DNA of 64,000 nt. It comes from an uncultured Terricaulis sp. Lineage in GTDB: Bacteria > Pseudomonadota > Alphaproteobacteria > Caulobacterales > Aquidulcibacteraceae. Numbering within the stretch: position 1 is the stretch's first letter; each line of letters begins with the position of its first letter. Shown piece by piece: positions 9,766 to 18,489 of this stretch. The DNA is taken from contig CAZZFE010000016.1 of the NCBI GenBank assembly GCA_964653495.1, forward strand, positions 2,689-66,688. The letters are read 5' to 3'. The translations under genes and the position numbers were made by a program. Under the pieces are notes generated by a model. It did no database searches. It was not told the origin of the DNA and was given only the letters and a program-made list of their open reading frames with translations.

Positions 9766-10014
9766 ATGTTCAGATGGCTGCGCACGCTCGCGCTCGTCGC
9801 GATTACGGTGCTGGTGACAATCTTTTCGGTGCAGAACTTGGCATCGACCGAGGTCGTGTTCCTCATCTGGTCGATCCACGCGCCGCGCGCTTTGATCTAT
9901 TTCTTGCTGTTCGCGCTGGGTCTCGCCACCGGGTTCCTGATCCGCGCGCTGCAGCCTAAGCGCCAACCCGCCGCCGCCAAGCCGCCGCCGCCGAAACCGC
10001 CAGCCAGCGCCTAG
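9766..10014 (+). CDS. LapA/DUF1049-family small membrane protein
   Basis: Two TM segments flanking FSVQN...V.FL.W. Confidence 0.7.
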   Translation: MFRWLRTLALVAITVLVTIFSVQNLASTEVVFLIWSIHAPRALIYFLLFALGLATGFLIRALQPKRQPAAAKPPPPKPPASA

Positions 10015-10070
10015 GCCCGGTTGGGGCGCGGCCTTGCCGCCGCCCCGTCGCCCCGCCATAAGCGCAACCC

Positions 10071-10610
10071 ATGCTCCGATACGGCCTTCTCCTGGCGGCG
10101 ATCGTGTTCGTCGCCGACCAGATCAGCAAATACGTGATCCTGGAGGTCGTCCATTTCAGCCCGGAGGGCTGTTTGGCGGCTGGGATCGGCTGCGGCTTCA
10201 TCGAGCTCACCCCGTTCTTCGACCTGCAGATGGTCTGGAATCGCGGTGTCAGCTTCGGGATGCTCCGCGCCGATAGCCCCATCGCCCGCTGGGGCCTGGT
10301 GCTGATGTCGTTGGTCATTTCGGGGGTGTTCTTCTGGTGGCTCCGGGGCGCGACCCGGAAGCTCACGGCGACCGCGCTTGGGCTCGTGATCGGCGGTGCG
10401 CTGGGCAATGTGATCGACCGCATCCGCTTCGGCGCAGTGGCGGACTTCCTTGATTTCAATGGCTTGTGGTTCCCCTGGGTGTTCAACGTCGCCGACGCCG
10501 CCATCAGTGTGGGCGCTGGCCTGCTGCTCCTGGATTTTCTCCTCAACGGTGAGGACAAGAAGCCCGCGGCCGCTGGGAACGCGCCCCAGAACGGACAAGA
10601 TGCAAGCTGA
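10071..10610 (+). CDS. lspA: Signal peptidase II
   Basis: DQISK, NRGVSFG, GGALGNVIDR and FNVAD motifs; follows ileS. Confidence 0.96.
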   Translation: MLRYGLLLAAIVFVADQISKYVILEVVHFSPEGCLAAGIGCGFIELTPFFDLQMVWNRGVSFGMLRADSPIARWGLVLMSLVISGVFFWWLRGATRKLTATALGLVIGGALGNVIDRIRFGAVADFLDFNGLWFPWVFNVADAAISVGAGLLLLDFLLNGEDKKPAAAGNAPQNGQDAS

Positions 10611-10694
10611 ACCATGACCGCTGCCTGAGCGGCTTGGCGATTTGGATAAGGGCGGGCTAGAACCAGCCGCGATTTGAGGGAGTTGAGGCGTCCT

Positions 10695-11237
10695 ATGACG
10701 AAAATCACGACGGTCGTGGCGATTGTGGCGGCCGCTGCCGCGGCGAGCGGGTGCTCGTCGCTTGGACGCTCCATGGGCGCCGGCAAAAATTCGCCGGACG
10801 AGTTCCGCATCGTCACGCGTGCGCCGCTGACGCTGCCGCCGGATTACTCGCTGCGTCCGCCGCGCCCAGGTGAGGCGCGCCCGCAGGAATTGGAGCCGGA
10901 CGCGGAAGCGCGCGCCGCTCTGTTCGGCCAAGACATCGCCCAAGGCGCGACCGCCGGCGAACGCACGCTGGTCTCCCGCGCCGGCGCCGACAATGTCGAC
11001 GCCAGCGTCCGCAACCAGGTCGATTTCGAAGGCCAGAGCATCGTCCATCGCTCCGAGGGCTTCGTGAACCGCATCCTCTCGTTCGGCGGTTCTTCGGCGC
11101 CGGCCTCGACGCCGCTCAACCCTGAGCAGGAGCAACAGCGTCTGGCTGATGAAGAAGCCGTGCGCCGCGCCACTGGCGGCGGCCAGGTGATCATCCAGCG
11201 CAACGCCTCCGGCGGCTTCAAGCTCCCGGGCACCTGA
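10695..11237 (+). CDS. DUF3035-family lipoprotein
   Basis: Lipobox ASGC; PDEFRIVTRAPLTLPPDYSLRPPRPG. Confidence 0.85.
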   Translation: MTKITTVVAIVAAAAAASGCSSLGRSMGAGKNSPDEFRIVTRAPLTLPPDYSLRPPRPGEARPQELEPDAEARAALFGQDIAQGATAGERTLVSRAGADNVDASVRNQVDFEGQSIVHRSEGFVNRILSFGGSSAPASTPLNPEQEQQRLADEEAVRRATGGGQVIIQRNASGGFKLPGT

Positions 11238-11241
11238 TCTC

Positions 11242-12600
11242 GTGAACCATACGCCGCGCTTCGCGACGCTCCTCGGCGCCGCGTGCGCTGCTGCGTTCGC
11301 CTTCGTTACGCCCGCGCTCGCGCAAGAGATGCCGCGGCCGGAAACCTTCACGCTGCGCAATGGCATGCAGGTCGTGGTGATCACTGATCGCCGCGCGCCT
11401 GTCGTCACGCATCAGGTTTGGTATCGCGTTGGCGCGGCGGACGAACCGCGCGGCCAATCCGGCATCGCGCACTTTTTCGAACACCTGATGTTCAAGGGCA
11501 CGCGCCAGATCGCGCCGGGTGAGTTCTCGCGCACCATCGCCCGCAATGGCGGCGACGATAACGCCTCCACGTCGTGGGACTACACCGTCTATTACGAGCG
11601 CATCGCCCGCGACCGCCTTGAACTGGTGATGCGCATGGAAGCCGACCGCATGCGCAATCTGCGTCTGCTGCCGGAAGACATCGCGTCCGAGCGCGACGTG
11701 ATCGTCGAGGAGCGCCGCTCGCGCATCGACAATAGCCCCGGCGGCGTGCTGAGCGAGCGCATGCGGGCGATGCTTTACCCGCATCATCCGTACGGCACGC
11801 CGGTGATCGGCTGGCTGCACGAAATCCAGGATCTCGATCGCGAAGAAGCGCTCGAGTTTTATCGCATCTGGTACGCGCCGAATAACGCCATCCTCGTTGT
11901 CGCCGGCGATGTCGACGCGGCGGAGCTGCGTCCGCTGGCGGAGCGCATCTATGGCCGCGTGCGGCCGACGCGTGATCTGCCGGCGCGCGAATGGGTGCGC
12001 GATCCGCCGTCGGCGGGGCCGATGCGCGTCGTGCATCGCGACGAGAAGGTGCGCCAGCCGTCGATGTCGCGCTTCTATCGTGCTGTCAGCTACGGCACGG
12101 CGGAGGGCCGCCAAGCGCACGCGCTCGATGTGGCGATGGATATTCTCGGTGGCTCGGAGACGAGCCGGCTTTATCGCGCGCTCGTCGAAGAACGCCAGAT
12201 CGCGGTGGCTGCAGGCGCTGGCGCCAACACCGGTGGTTTAGGCGGTGGGCAAGCTTCGGTTTGGGGCTCGCCGGCTGACGGCGTGCCGTTGGAAACGCTC
12301 GAAGCGGCGATCGACGAAGTGATCGCGACGTTCCTGCGCGATGGCCCGACCGACGCCGAACTCGCACGCGCCAAATCCTCGCTGTCAGCCGCGGCGATCT
12401 ATTCGCGCGACAGCCAGGAAGCGCTCGCGAACGTGTACGGCCAATCCTTGGTGCAGGGTGAGACGATGGACGAAATCGTGTCATGGCCCGCCGATGTCGA
12501 AGCCGTGACGCGCGAAGAGGTGATCGCGGCCGTTCGCGAGACGCTGAACATCGACAATTCCGTCACCGGCCAGCTCTTGCCGCTGGAGGCCGCGCAATGA
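11242..12600 (+). CDS. M16 (pitrilysin) zinc peptidase, catalytic subunit
   Basis: GIAHFFEHLMFKGT (HxxEH) and ERDVIVEERR. Confidence 0.93.
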   Translation: MNHTPRFATLLGAACAAAFAFVTPALAQEMPRPETFTLRNGMQVVVITDRRAPVVTHQVWYRVGAADEPRGQSGIAHFFEHLMFKGTRQIAPGEFSRTIARNGGDDNASTSWDYTVYYERIARDRLELVMRMEADRMRNLRLLPEDIASERDVIVEERRSRIDNSPGGVLSERMRAMLYPHHPYGTPVIGWLHEIQDLDREEALEFYRIWYAPNNAILVVAGDVDAAELRPLAERIYGRVRPTRDLPAREWVRDPPSAGPMRVVHRDEKVRQPSMSRFYRAVSYGTAEGRQAHALDVAMDILGGSETSRLYRALVEERQIAVAAGAGANTGGLGGGQASVWGSPADGVPLETLEAAIDEVIATFLRDGPTDAELARAKSSLSAAAIYSRDSQEALANVYGQSLVQGETMDEIVSWPADVEAVTREEVIAAVRETLNIDNSVTGQLLPLEAAQ

Positions 12601-13901
12601 GGCCGCTTCTTCTCGCGCTGCTGGCTCTGTTCGCCTTCGCCAACGGCGCTTTCGCGCAAGTACCGATCCAAGCGATCCGCTCGCCAGCCGGCATCGACGC
12701 GTGGCTCGTGTCCGACAGCACGGTGCCGATCATCGTCATGCACGCCTATTGGGAGGGCGGCTCTGCGGGTGAGCCGGACAATCTCGTCGGCTCGACCGGC
12801 GTGATGACGGACATGCTCACCGAAGGCGCGGGCGACATGGATGCGAACGCCTTCAAGGAGCGCCTGCAAGATTTGAACATGTCGCTCGGCTTTTCGTCGG
12901 GCTGGGACGGCGTCGGCATGAGCGTCGTCACGCTCAGCGAGAACCGCGACGCGGCGTTTGAAATGGCGCGTGTCGCGCTGATGCAGCCGCGTTTTGACGC
13001 GGCGCCGCTCGACCGCATCAAGCGCCAGATCGCCATCGGCCTGCGCACGCGTGAGACCAATGCCGGCTACATCGCCAATCTCGCGCTGGATCAGGCTTTG
13101 ATCCCCGATCACCCGTACGCGCGCCGCATTCAGGCGGCGAATGTCGCCGCCATCAATCGCCAAGTGCTGCAACAGCGGCGGGCAGCGTTGTTCACGCGCG
13201 GCGGCGTCAAGATCACCATCGTCGGCGATATCGACGCGGAAACCGCTGGCCGCATGATCGACAACGTGTTCGGCGCTTTGCCGCAAACGGCGCCGGCCTC
13301 GGAAACGCCGGAAGCGCAAGTGCGCGCGGCGACGCCGCTCATCGTGCGCACGCTGCCGCAGCCGCAAAGCCTCGTCCTGTTCGCCGGCCCCGGCATCCAG
13401 GACGAGGATCCGGATTGGACCGCGCTCGTCGTCGCCAATTACATCATCGGCGGCGGCGGTTTCTCATCGCGGCTGATGGATCAGGTTCGCGAAGAGCGCG
13501 GGCTCGTGTACGGCATCAGCACCGGGCCATCGGTGCGTGACCATTCCGCATTCATCCGTGGCTCCGCGCAGACAGAGAACGGCGATGTGCGCGAAGCGAT
13601 CGAGGTGGTGCGCGCCGAATTGCAGCGCTTCCACGATTCCGGCGCTACGCAAGCCGAACTCAACGACGCCATCACCTATCTCACCGGCTCGTTCGCGCTC
13701 GATCTCGACAGTAATTCCAAGATCGCCAGCGTCGTTCATGGCTACCAAACGTCGGGCCGCGATATCGATTACATCAACGCCCGCAACGATCGCATCCGCG
13801 CCGTGACGCTGGAAGACGTGAACCGCGTCGCACGGCGCTTGTTTGATCCCGCTGCGTTTGCGTTCGTGGTTGTGGGGCAGCCGGAAGGGCTCACGCCGTA
13901 A
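12597..13901 (+). CDS. M16 peptidase, non-catalytic partner subunit
   Basis: ATGA overlap; GGGGFSSRLMDQVREERGLVY; no HxxEH. Confidence 0.9.
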   Translation: MRPLLLALLALFAFANGAFAQVPIQAIRSPAGIDAWLVSDSTVPIIVMHAYWEGGSAGEPDNLVGSTGVMTDMLTEGAGDMDANAFKERLQDLNMSLGFSSGWDGVGMSVVTLSENRDAAFEMARVALMQPRFDAAPLDRIKRQIAIGLRTRETNAGYIANLALDQALIPDHPYARRIQAANVAAINRQVLQQRRAALFTRGGVKITIVGDIDAETAGRMIDNVFGALPQTAPASETPEAQVRAATPLIVRTLPQPQSLVLFAGPGIQDEDPDWTALVVANYIIGGGGFSSRLMDQVREERGLVYGISTGPSVRDHSAFIRGSAQTENGDVREAIEVVRAELQRFHDSGATQAELNDAITYLTGSFALDLDSNSKIASVVHGYQTSGRDIDYINARNDRIRAVTLEDVNRVARRLFDPAAFAFVVVGQPEGLTP

Positions 13902-13904
13902 GAA

Positions 13905-14036
13905 CCCTCTCCCTCCATGGAGGGAGAGGGCGGGGTGAGGGTGGAGCGCCAGCGTCTGGGTTTGCGTTGGGCCGCACTACGCACGTTACGAGTTTGCGTC
14001 GCCCCCTCACCCAACCTCTCCCCCTCGGGGGAGAGG
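13905..14036. repeat. Palindromic REP-like element pair (CCCTCTCCC...GGGAGAGGG type)
   Basis: Two inverted GC hairpin units between convergent genes. Confidence 0.75.
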
Positions 14037-14047
14037 AGCGACGGAGG

Positions 14048-14905
14048 CTAAGCCGCAACCGCCGCGTCGAACTCCGCCTTCCAGCCGGCGACCAGTTCGC
14101 GGTTGTCTTCGTCCCACGGATGAAAGCCTGGCCGGTACCACGCGAAATACGTCTTCGAATTGCGCGAGAATATCCCCGGCGTGCGCCACACATAGCGTCG
14201 CACGGCCTTCAACGCGTCCTTCGGCGAATAGCCATCGGCTTCAAGTAACCACGCCGCATAGGTGGTGATGTTGCGTGTGAAGAAATACGAGATCATCGCC
14301 ATCGCGATCGTACGACGGAGATAACGCTGCAGCGGATGCCAATGGCGCGTCACGTGCAGGAAGACGTCATAGGCGACGGCCTTGTGCTCGGTCTCTTCCA
14401 TCGCATGCCAGCGCCACATGCGCTCGATCTCAGGATCGGCGTCGTCGAACAGGTCGCGGTGGCGCGCGTGCGCGTCGGCCATCATGGCGGTGAAATGTTC
14501 GAGCGCGATGGTGGAGATCAGCATCCGCATCGGCCCGCCTGAGCGCGCGAACGCCACGCGCTCGCGCACGCCTTCTTCCACGCGCTCGGCCGGATAGCGC
14601 GTGCGGTCGATCAGCTGGTTCAGCGAATGATGCTCACGCGAATGGATCGCCTCTTGCGCGATGAAGCCCTTCACGTCCTCGGCCAGCTTGCCGCTGACTT
14701 CGCCGCGATAATGGCGCACCGCGTCCATGAACATGCGCTCGCCGTCCGGAAACGTCAGCGACAGCGCGTTGAACACGGCCGTGCCGACAGGATCGCCGCC
14801 CAGCCAATGGCCGGTCTTGGGGGCGTCAACGGCGAAATGGATATCGCGCGGCGGGACTTGGACGTCGTTAGGCGTGGACTTTGGGGGCGTCGATTTGGCG
14901 TTCAT
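14048..14905 (-). CDS. Predicted metal-dependent hydrolase
   Basis: FPDGERMF, QEAIHSREH, LEHFTA and WHAMEETEHKAVAYDV. Confidence 0.88.
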   Translation of the reverse strand: MNAKSTPPKSTPNDVQVPPRDIHFAVDAPKTGHWLGGDPVGTAVFNALSLTFPDGERMFMDAVRHYRGEVSGKLAEDVKGFIAQEAIHSREHHSLNQLIDRTRYPAERVEEGVRERVAFARSGGPMRMLISTIALEHFTAMMADAHARHRDLFDDADPEIERMWRWHAMEETEHKAVAYDVFLHVTRHWHPLQRYLRRTIAMAMISYFFTRNITTYAAWLLEADGYSPKDALKAVRRYVWRTPGIFSRNSKTYFAWYRPGFHPWDEDNRELVAGWKAEFDAAVAA

Positions 14906-14948
14906 GGCGAAAAGCTCTGCTAGATTGCCTACGCAACGCATTTGGGCT

Positions 14949-14970
14949 TTACTGACAAAAATGTCAATAA
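14949..14970. promoter_or_regulatory. Palindromic TetR operator overlapping the tetR start codon
   Basis: TTAcTGACA-AAAA-TGTCAaTAA between divergent genes. Confidence 0.6.
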
Positions 14971-15566
14971 GAAAAAATGTTAAGGTTCGCGTCCGCCGGG
15001 CGCCTGAGGCCGCGCGCGACAACATCTTGTCGGCAGCGGAAAAATTGCTCGTGGACGAGGGTCCGCTGGCGCTGAAGCTGGCGAATGTCGCCGCCGCCGC
15101 GAACGTCGCCAACGCCAACGTGCTGCATCATTTTGGCTCTATTGACGGCGTCCACGCAGCGCTCATGGACCGCATGGTGCAGCAGCTCGTGGCGGAGCTG
15201 ATCAAGCTTGCCGACGAAGCCGAGGGCAAGGGGCATCAAACCGAGGCGGTGCTGCAGGCGCTGTTCGACGTGTTCGAAACGCGCGGCGCAGCGCGCTTGG
15301 CGGCGTGGCTCGAACTCACCGGCGAATGGCGCCGGCTCACGCATGTGCGCGAAGCCGTGCGCAAGGTGGTTGTGAAGCGTGTGTCGTTCGGCGATTTGAA
15401 TGTGGAGGGCGCCGAAGACATGGTGTTGGCCAGTGTCGTCATGGCGATGGGCGCGGGGCTGTTCGGCCGCTCGCTGGCGCAGCTGATTGGCAAACCGCCT
15501 GGCCGCACCCGCAAAGTCGCGACGGAAGCGCTGCGCGCGTTTGCGAACACGCGCCGGGAAAACTAA
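14961..15566 (+). CDS. TetR family regulator
   Basis: HTH VAAAANVANANVLHHFGS. Confidence 0.85.
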   Translation: MSIRKNVKVRVRRAPEAARDNILSAAEKLLVDEGPLALKLANVAAAANVANANVLHHFGSIDGVHAALMDRMVQQLVAELIKLADEAEGKGHQTEAVLQALFDVFETRGAARLAAWLELTGEWRRLTHVREAVRKVVVKRVSFGDLNVEGAEDMVLASVVMAMGAGLFGRSLAQLIGKPPGRTRKVATEALRAFANTRREN

Positions 15567-16159
15567 GCGCGCGGCGCGAGCGCGCTGACATACGCCTCCA
15601 TCAAACGCACCAATTCATCCTCCAATCGCGCCGGATCGAGCCCAAGCTCTTGTTCCGCTGCTGCCGCGCGCAGCAAGCTGATCGGCGCGTGCGTCAGCAC
15701 GAACGCGCTCTCCGGCGTCAGCTGCATCTGCAATCGCGCTTTGCCAGCGATCGCCGCGAAGAAGGCTTCATGGTGCTGCGCCAGCACGGCGTCGCCGCCG
15801 CGATGAAACAACGCCGCGAGCAACGCTTCGCGTGTTGCCGGCGATCCCTCAAAGCCGCGCATCAAAGCGCGCACAATCTGGCGCACGCTGCTGATGTCGG
15901 GGCGGCGGATGATGGTTTCGGCGATCTCGTCGCGCACGGCGGCGGCGCGGCGCTGGGCGAGGGCGGCGAGGATGTCCTGCTTGTTGGCGAAGTATTGGTA
16001 GAGCGTGCCGATGCTGACGCCGGCGCGCGCGGCGACGTGATTTGTGGTGAGCCCATCGACGCCCTCGGCCTCGAGAAGTTGAAAGGCCGCCTCCAGGATC
16101 GCGTCGACGGTGCCTTCGGCGCGCGATTGCCGGGGCTTTCTACGGGACTTTTCAGACAC
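15563..16159 (-). CDS. TetR family regulator
   Basis: PRQSRAEGTVDAILEAA...AGVSIGTLYQYFANK. Confidence 0.92.
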   Translation of the reverse strand: MSEKSRRKPRQSRAEGTVDAILEAAFQLLEAEGVDGLTTNHVAARAGVSIGTLYQYFANKQDILAALAQRRAAAVRDEIAETIIRRPDISSVRQIVRALMRGFEGSPATREALLAALFHRGGDAVLAQHHEAFFAAIAGKARLQMQLTPESAFVLTHAPISLLRAAAAEQELGLDPARLEDELVRLMEAYVSALAPRA

Positions 16160-16206
16160 TTGGCCGCCTCCAGGCGCGCGCCGGCGGATTTACCGCCAAA
16201 GCGAGT

Positions 16207-16222
16207 AGCTCAAATCTGAGCT
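16207..16222. promoter_or_regulatory. Palindromic operator between tetR and the oxygenase gene
   Basis: AGCTCA-AATC-TGAGCT. Confidence 0.5.
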
Positions 16223-16240
16223 TTGCTTACATTTGGGTCA

Positions 16241-17563
16241 ATGACGAGCATCGAACAGGTTCGCGCGAAGGTCGCTTCGCAGAAGGCGCTGCTGCCGGCG
16301 CTCTATGGCGCGATCGATTTCGAGCGCGATCCGGAGCGCTTCACGCGCGATCCGAAGGCGGCTGTCGTTCAGGACCGCGCGCCGATGGGCGTTGTCGTCA
16401 CCGATGACGATCTCGAACGCGTGCGCGCCTACACGATGCTGGGCGACGTCGTCGCTGACGCGTACGCGGCTCTGATGCCGCAACACGGCTTCCGCAAATT
16501 GATCGCGATGCTGCAGGAGGCCTGCGATCGCGGCGTCGAGAACGTGGCGGACGCGCCGCCGGAGCTTGTCGCCTTCATCCGAGCGATGGAAGCGACGCCC
16601 GCGTGGCTCGACATGGACATGGTGCGCGAAGGCGCGCGGCTGGAGCGCAACGCGACGGCGCATCTGGCGCCCTTCGCGGTGCGCGGCGCGTTTCTGGCGA
16701 CGTTCCTCAACAAATATTCCGCGCTGCCAATGGCGCTCACCGGCACGCTGAGCAACGAAACCGCCGCGCGGCGCGTGAACGAAACGGCGACCTTCTTCGC
16801 GACGACAACGCTGCCCGGCGCGCTTGAGCGCAACGGGGAGGGCTTTAAAGCCGCGGCGATGGTGCGGCTGATGCACTCGATGGTGCGCTTCAACGCGATC
16901 CGCTCGGGCCGCTGGGAGGCGAGAATCTATGGCGTGCCGATCCCGCAAGTGGATCAGATGCCGGCCGGCCTCATTCCGGTGTTCCTGATGGCGTTCAAAT
17001 TGCTACGCGAGGGCAGGCGCACGTTCACGGCGGAGGAGCGCGCGCGCGTCGAGGTGAGCCGCTATCGCTGCTTCCTGCTGGGACTGCCGGAGGATTTGCT
17101 CGCCGACACGCCCGAAGGAATCGTCCGCATGATGACGGCGCGCAATTCAACGCTCCGGCGCGGCTTCGACGACAGCACTTGCGGTGAACTCGTGCGCGCC
17201 ACGCTCTCGGCTTATCTGCCGCCGAACCGCACGCTGGCGAACCGCGTGCACAATTCAGTCGAGCGCAGTTTCGCCAAAGCGTTCTTCCTGCGCGAATTCC
17301 TCGGCGGCGACCGCAAACGCGCGGCGTCGATGGGCGTCGAGATCAGTCCGCGCGACGAACTGATCTTCATCCTCGGTGCGCTCGGCATCACCACGCAGCT
17401 CGCCGCGTTCCGGCTCGCCGATCACGTGCCGGGCCTGCGTGACGTGGCGGACAAAGTGCTGGTGCGCCGCGTGCGCAAGCTGCTGCAGCGCTACGGCCAC
17501 GCGGAGTTCACCAGCGACGCATCGAAATACAGGCCGGCCGAAGGCGCGCGCGAAGCGGCGTGA
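16241..17563 (+). CDS. Oxygenase MpaB/DUF2236-family protein
   Basis: RRVNETATF, VRLMHSMVR and YGVPIPQVD motifs. Confidence 0.8.
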   Translation: MTSIEQVRAKVASQKALLPALYGAIDFERDPERFTRDPKAAVVQDRAPMGVVVTDDDLERVRAYTMLGDVVADAYAALMPQHGFRKLIAMLQEACDRGVENVADAPPELVAFIRAMEATPAWLDMDMVREGARLERNATAHLAPFAVRGAFLATFLNKYSALPMALTGTLSNETAARRVNETATFFATTTLPGALERNGEGFKAAAMVRLMHSMVRFNAIRSGRWEARIYGVPIPQVDQMPAGLIPVFLMAFKLLREGRRTFTAEERARVEVSRYRCFLLGLPEDLLADTPEGIVRMMTARNSTLRRGFDDSTCGELVRATLSAYLPPNRTLANRVHNSVERSFAKAFFLREFLGGDRKRAASMGVEISPRDELIFILGALGITTQLAAFRLADHVPGLRDVADKVLVRRVRKLLQRYGHAEFTSDASKYRPAEGAREAA

Positions 17564-17638
17564 TGGCAGCGCCGGCGAGACTCGAACTCGCTTCCCCGCT
17601 TTGAAAGAGCGGTATCGTAACCCATAGACGACGGCGCC
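17564..17638 (-). tRNA. tRNA-Glu(UUC), divergent, CCA encoded
   Basis: GGCGCCG/CGGCGCT acceptor, CCGCT-CT TTC AA-AGCGG anticodon arm, GCGAG-TTCGAGT-CTCGC T arm, G73, CCA. Confidence 0.85.
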
Positions 17639-17673
17639 GAAGCAATCGGGCGCTCGTGTTCGCTTTGAAAAAA

Positions 17674-17766
17674 TGGCGTGAGCCATCCGAAGCTCGGGAG
17701 TGGCTACGCAGCCCTCCTTCGCCAAGGCTTCGGAGGGCATCCTACGCGCGCTTTGCGGGCGTAGGA
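17674..17766. repeat. Multi-hairpin palindromic spacer between tRNAs
   Basis: CCCTCCTTCGCCAAGGCTTCGGAGGG and CATCCTACGC...GCGTAGGATG hairpins. Confidence 0.55.
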
Positions 17767-17844
17767 TGGTCTGGGCGGCTGGATTTGAACCAACGACCTC
17801 CTGCTTCCAAGGCAGGCGCTCTCCGCATGCTGAGCTACGCCCAG
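17767..17844 (-). tRNA. tRNA-Pro(UGG), atypical (A37, unusual D loop), CCA encoded
   Basis: CTGGGCG/CGCCCAG acceptor, CCTGC-CT TGG AA-GCAGG, GTTGG-TTCAAAT-CCAGC, A73, CCA. Confidence 0.85.
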
Positions 17845-17952
17845 ACACCGGCCAGCGCCACACGGGCGCTAGCGCATCTCTCGGAAGGGTCGCGGTCGAA
17901 ACATGATCGTAGTCGTACTTGCTGTTTGTGTTTTCTGGATGGCCTTTCTTTG

Positions 17953-18054
17953 AGTCATTCCAGACGGCCGAAGGCCGATCTGGAATCCCGGAATCGTAGA
18001 GCGCGGTGCGTTGGCCCTGGATTCCAGATCGCGCTCCGCGCGTCTGGAATGACT
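17953..18054. repeat. REP-like inverted pair (GTCATTCC...GGAATGAC family) inside the tRNA array
   Basis: AGTCATTCCAGAC...GATCTGGAATCC and GGATTCCAGATC...GTCTGGAATGACT. Confidence 0.8.
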
Positions 18055-18063
18055 GAGAGAAAG

Positions 18064-18146
18064 TCGACAGGGTCGGATTCGAACCAACGACGCCTTTCGG
18101 CACGAGGTTATGAGTCTCGCGGCATCGACCACTCGCCCACCTGTCA
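18064..18146 (-). tRNA. tRNA with CAU anticodon and a long (class II) variable arm; CCA not encoded
   Basis: TGACAGG/CCTGTCG acceptor, CGAGA-CT CAT AA-CCTCG, variable arm GCC-GAAA-GGC, GTTGG-TTCGAAT-CCGAC, A73. Confidence 0.8.
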
Positions 18147-18160
18147 GCATTTTCTCAAAG

Positions 18161-18232
18161 TTGCCCGTCCACGATTCGAACGTGGATCTCCGGAATCAAA
18201 GTCCAGCGTCCTGCCAATTAGACGAACAGGCA
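18161..18232 (-). tRNA. tRNA-Gln(UUG); CCA not encoded
   Basis: TGCCTGT/ACGGGCA acceptor (U1-A72), CTGGA-CT TTG AT-TCCGG, CCACG-TTCGAAT-CGTGG. Confidence 0.88.
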
Positions 18233-18237
18233 TGATG

Positions 18238-18489
18238 TCATTCCGCGCGGAAGTAGTGGTTCCGTTCGGCTCCGTCGTAGCGGCCGCTCTTCATGCAGCA
18301 GCGCTTGAAATAACCTCCGTGAACCGCAAGGGCAGAGGTCGTTGCGTCCGAGCTTCTCGATCAATTCCACATCGCCCACGCACCTTGCGGTCGCCGCGCT
18401 TGACGTGCGTCTCTGACGGATAGCCCTTACGCCGCTTCGACGAGCGCTCGAAAGCATGGCTGGTCGAGCGGATCATGATGATGTTTCAT
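18238..18489 (-). CDS. SEC-C zinc-binding motif protein (about 82 aa) spread over three successive +1 frame changes (programmed frameshifting, pseudogene or error)
   Basis: AGGAGG RBS and ATG 18489; segments SKRRKGYPSETHVKRGD / ELIEKLGRNDLCPCGS / FKRCC...YFRAE lie in consecutive frames. Confidence 0.7.

Noticed and set aside
17564-18232. tRNAs as prophage or island attachment sites
   Set aside because: No integrase and no duplicated tRNA 3' end seen in the window.
17255-18423. 282-aa and 255-aa ORFs over the tRNA array
   Set aside because: They translate through tRNA genes and palindromes; no protein features.
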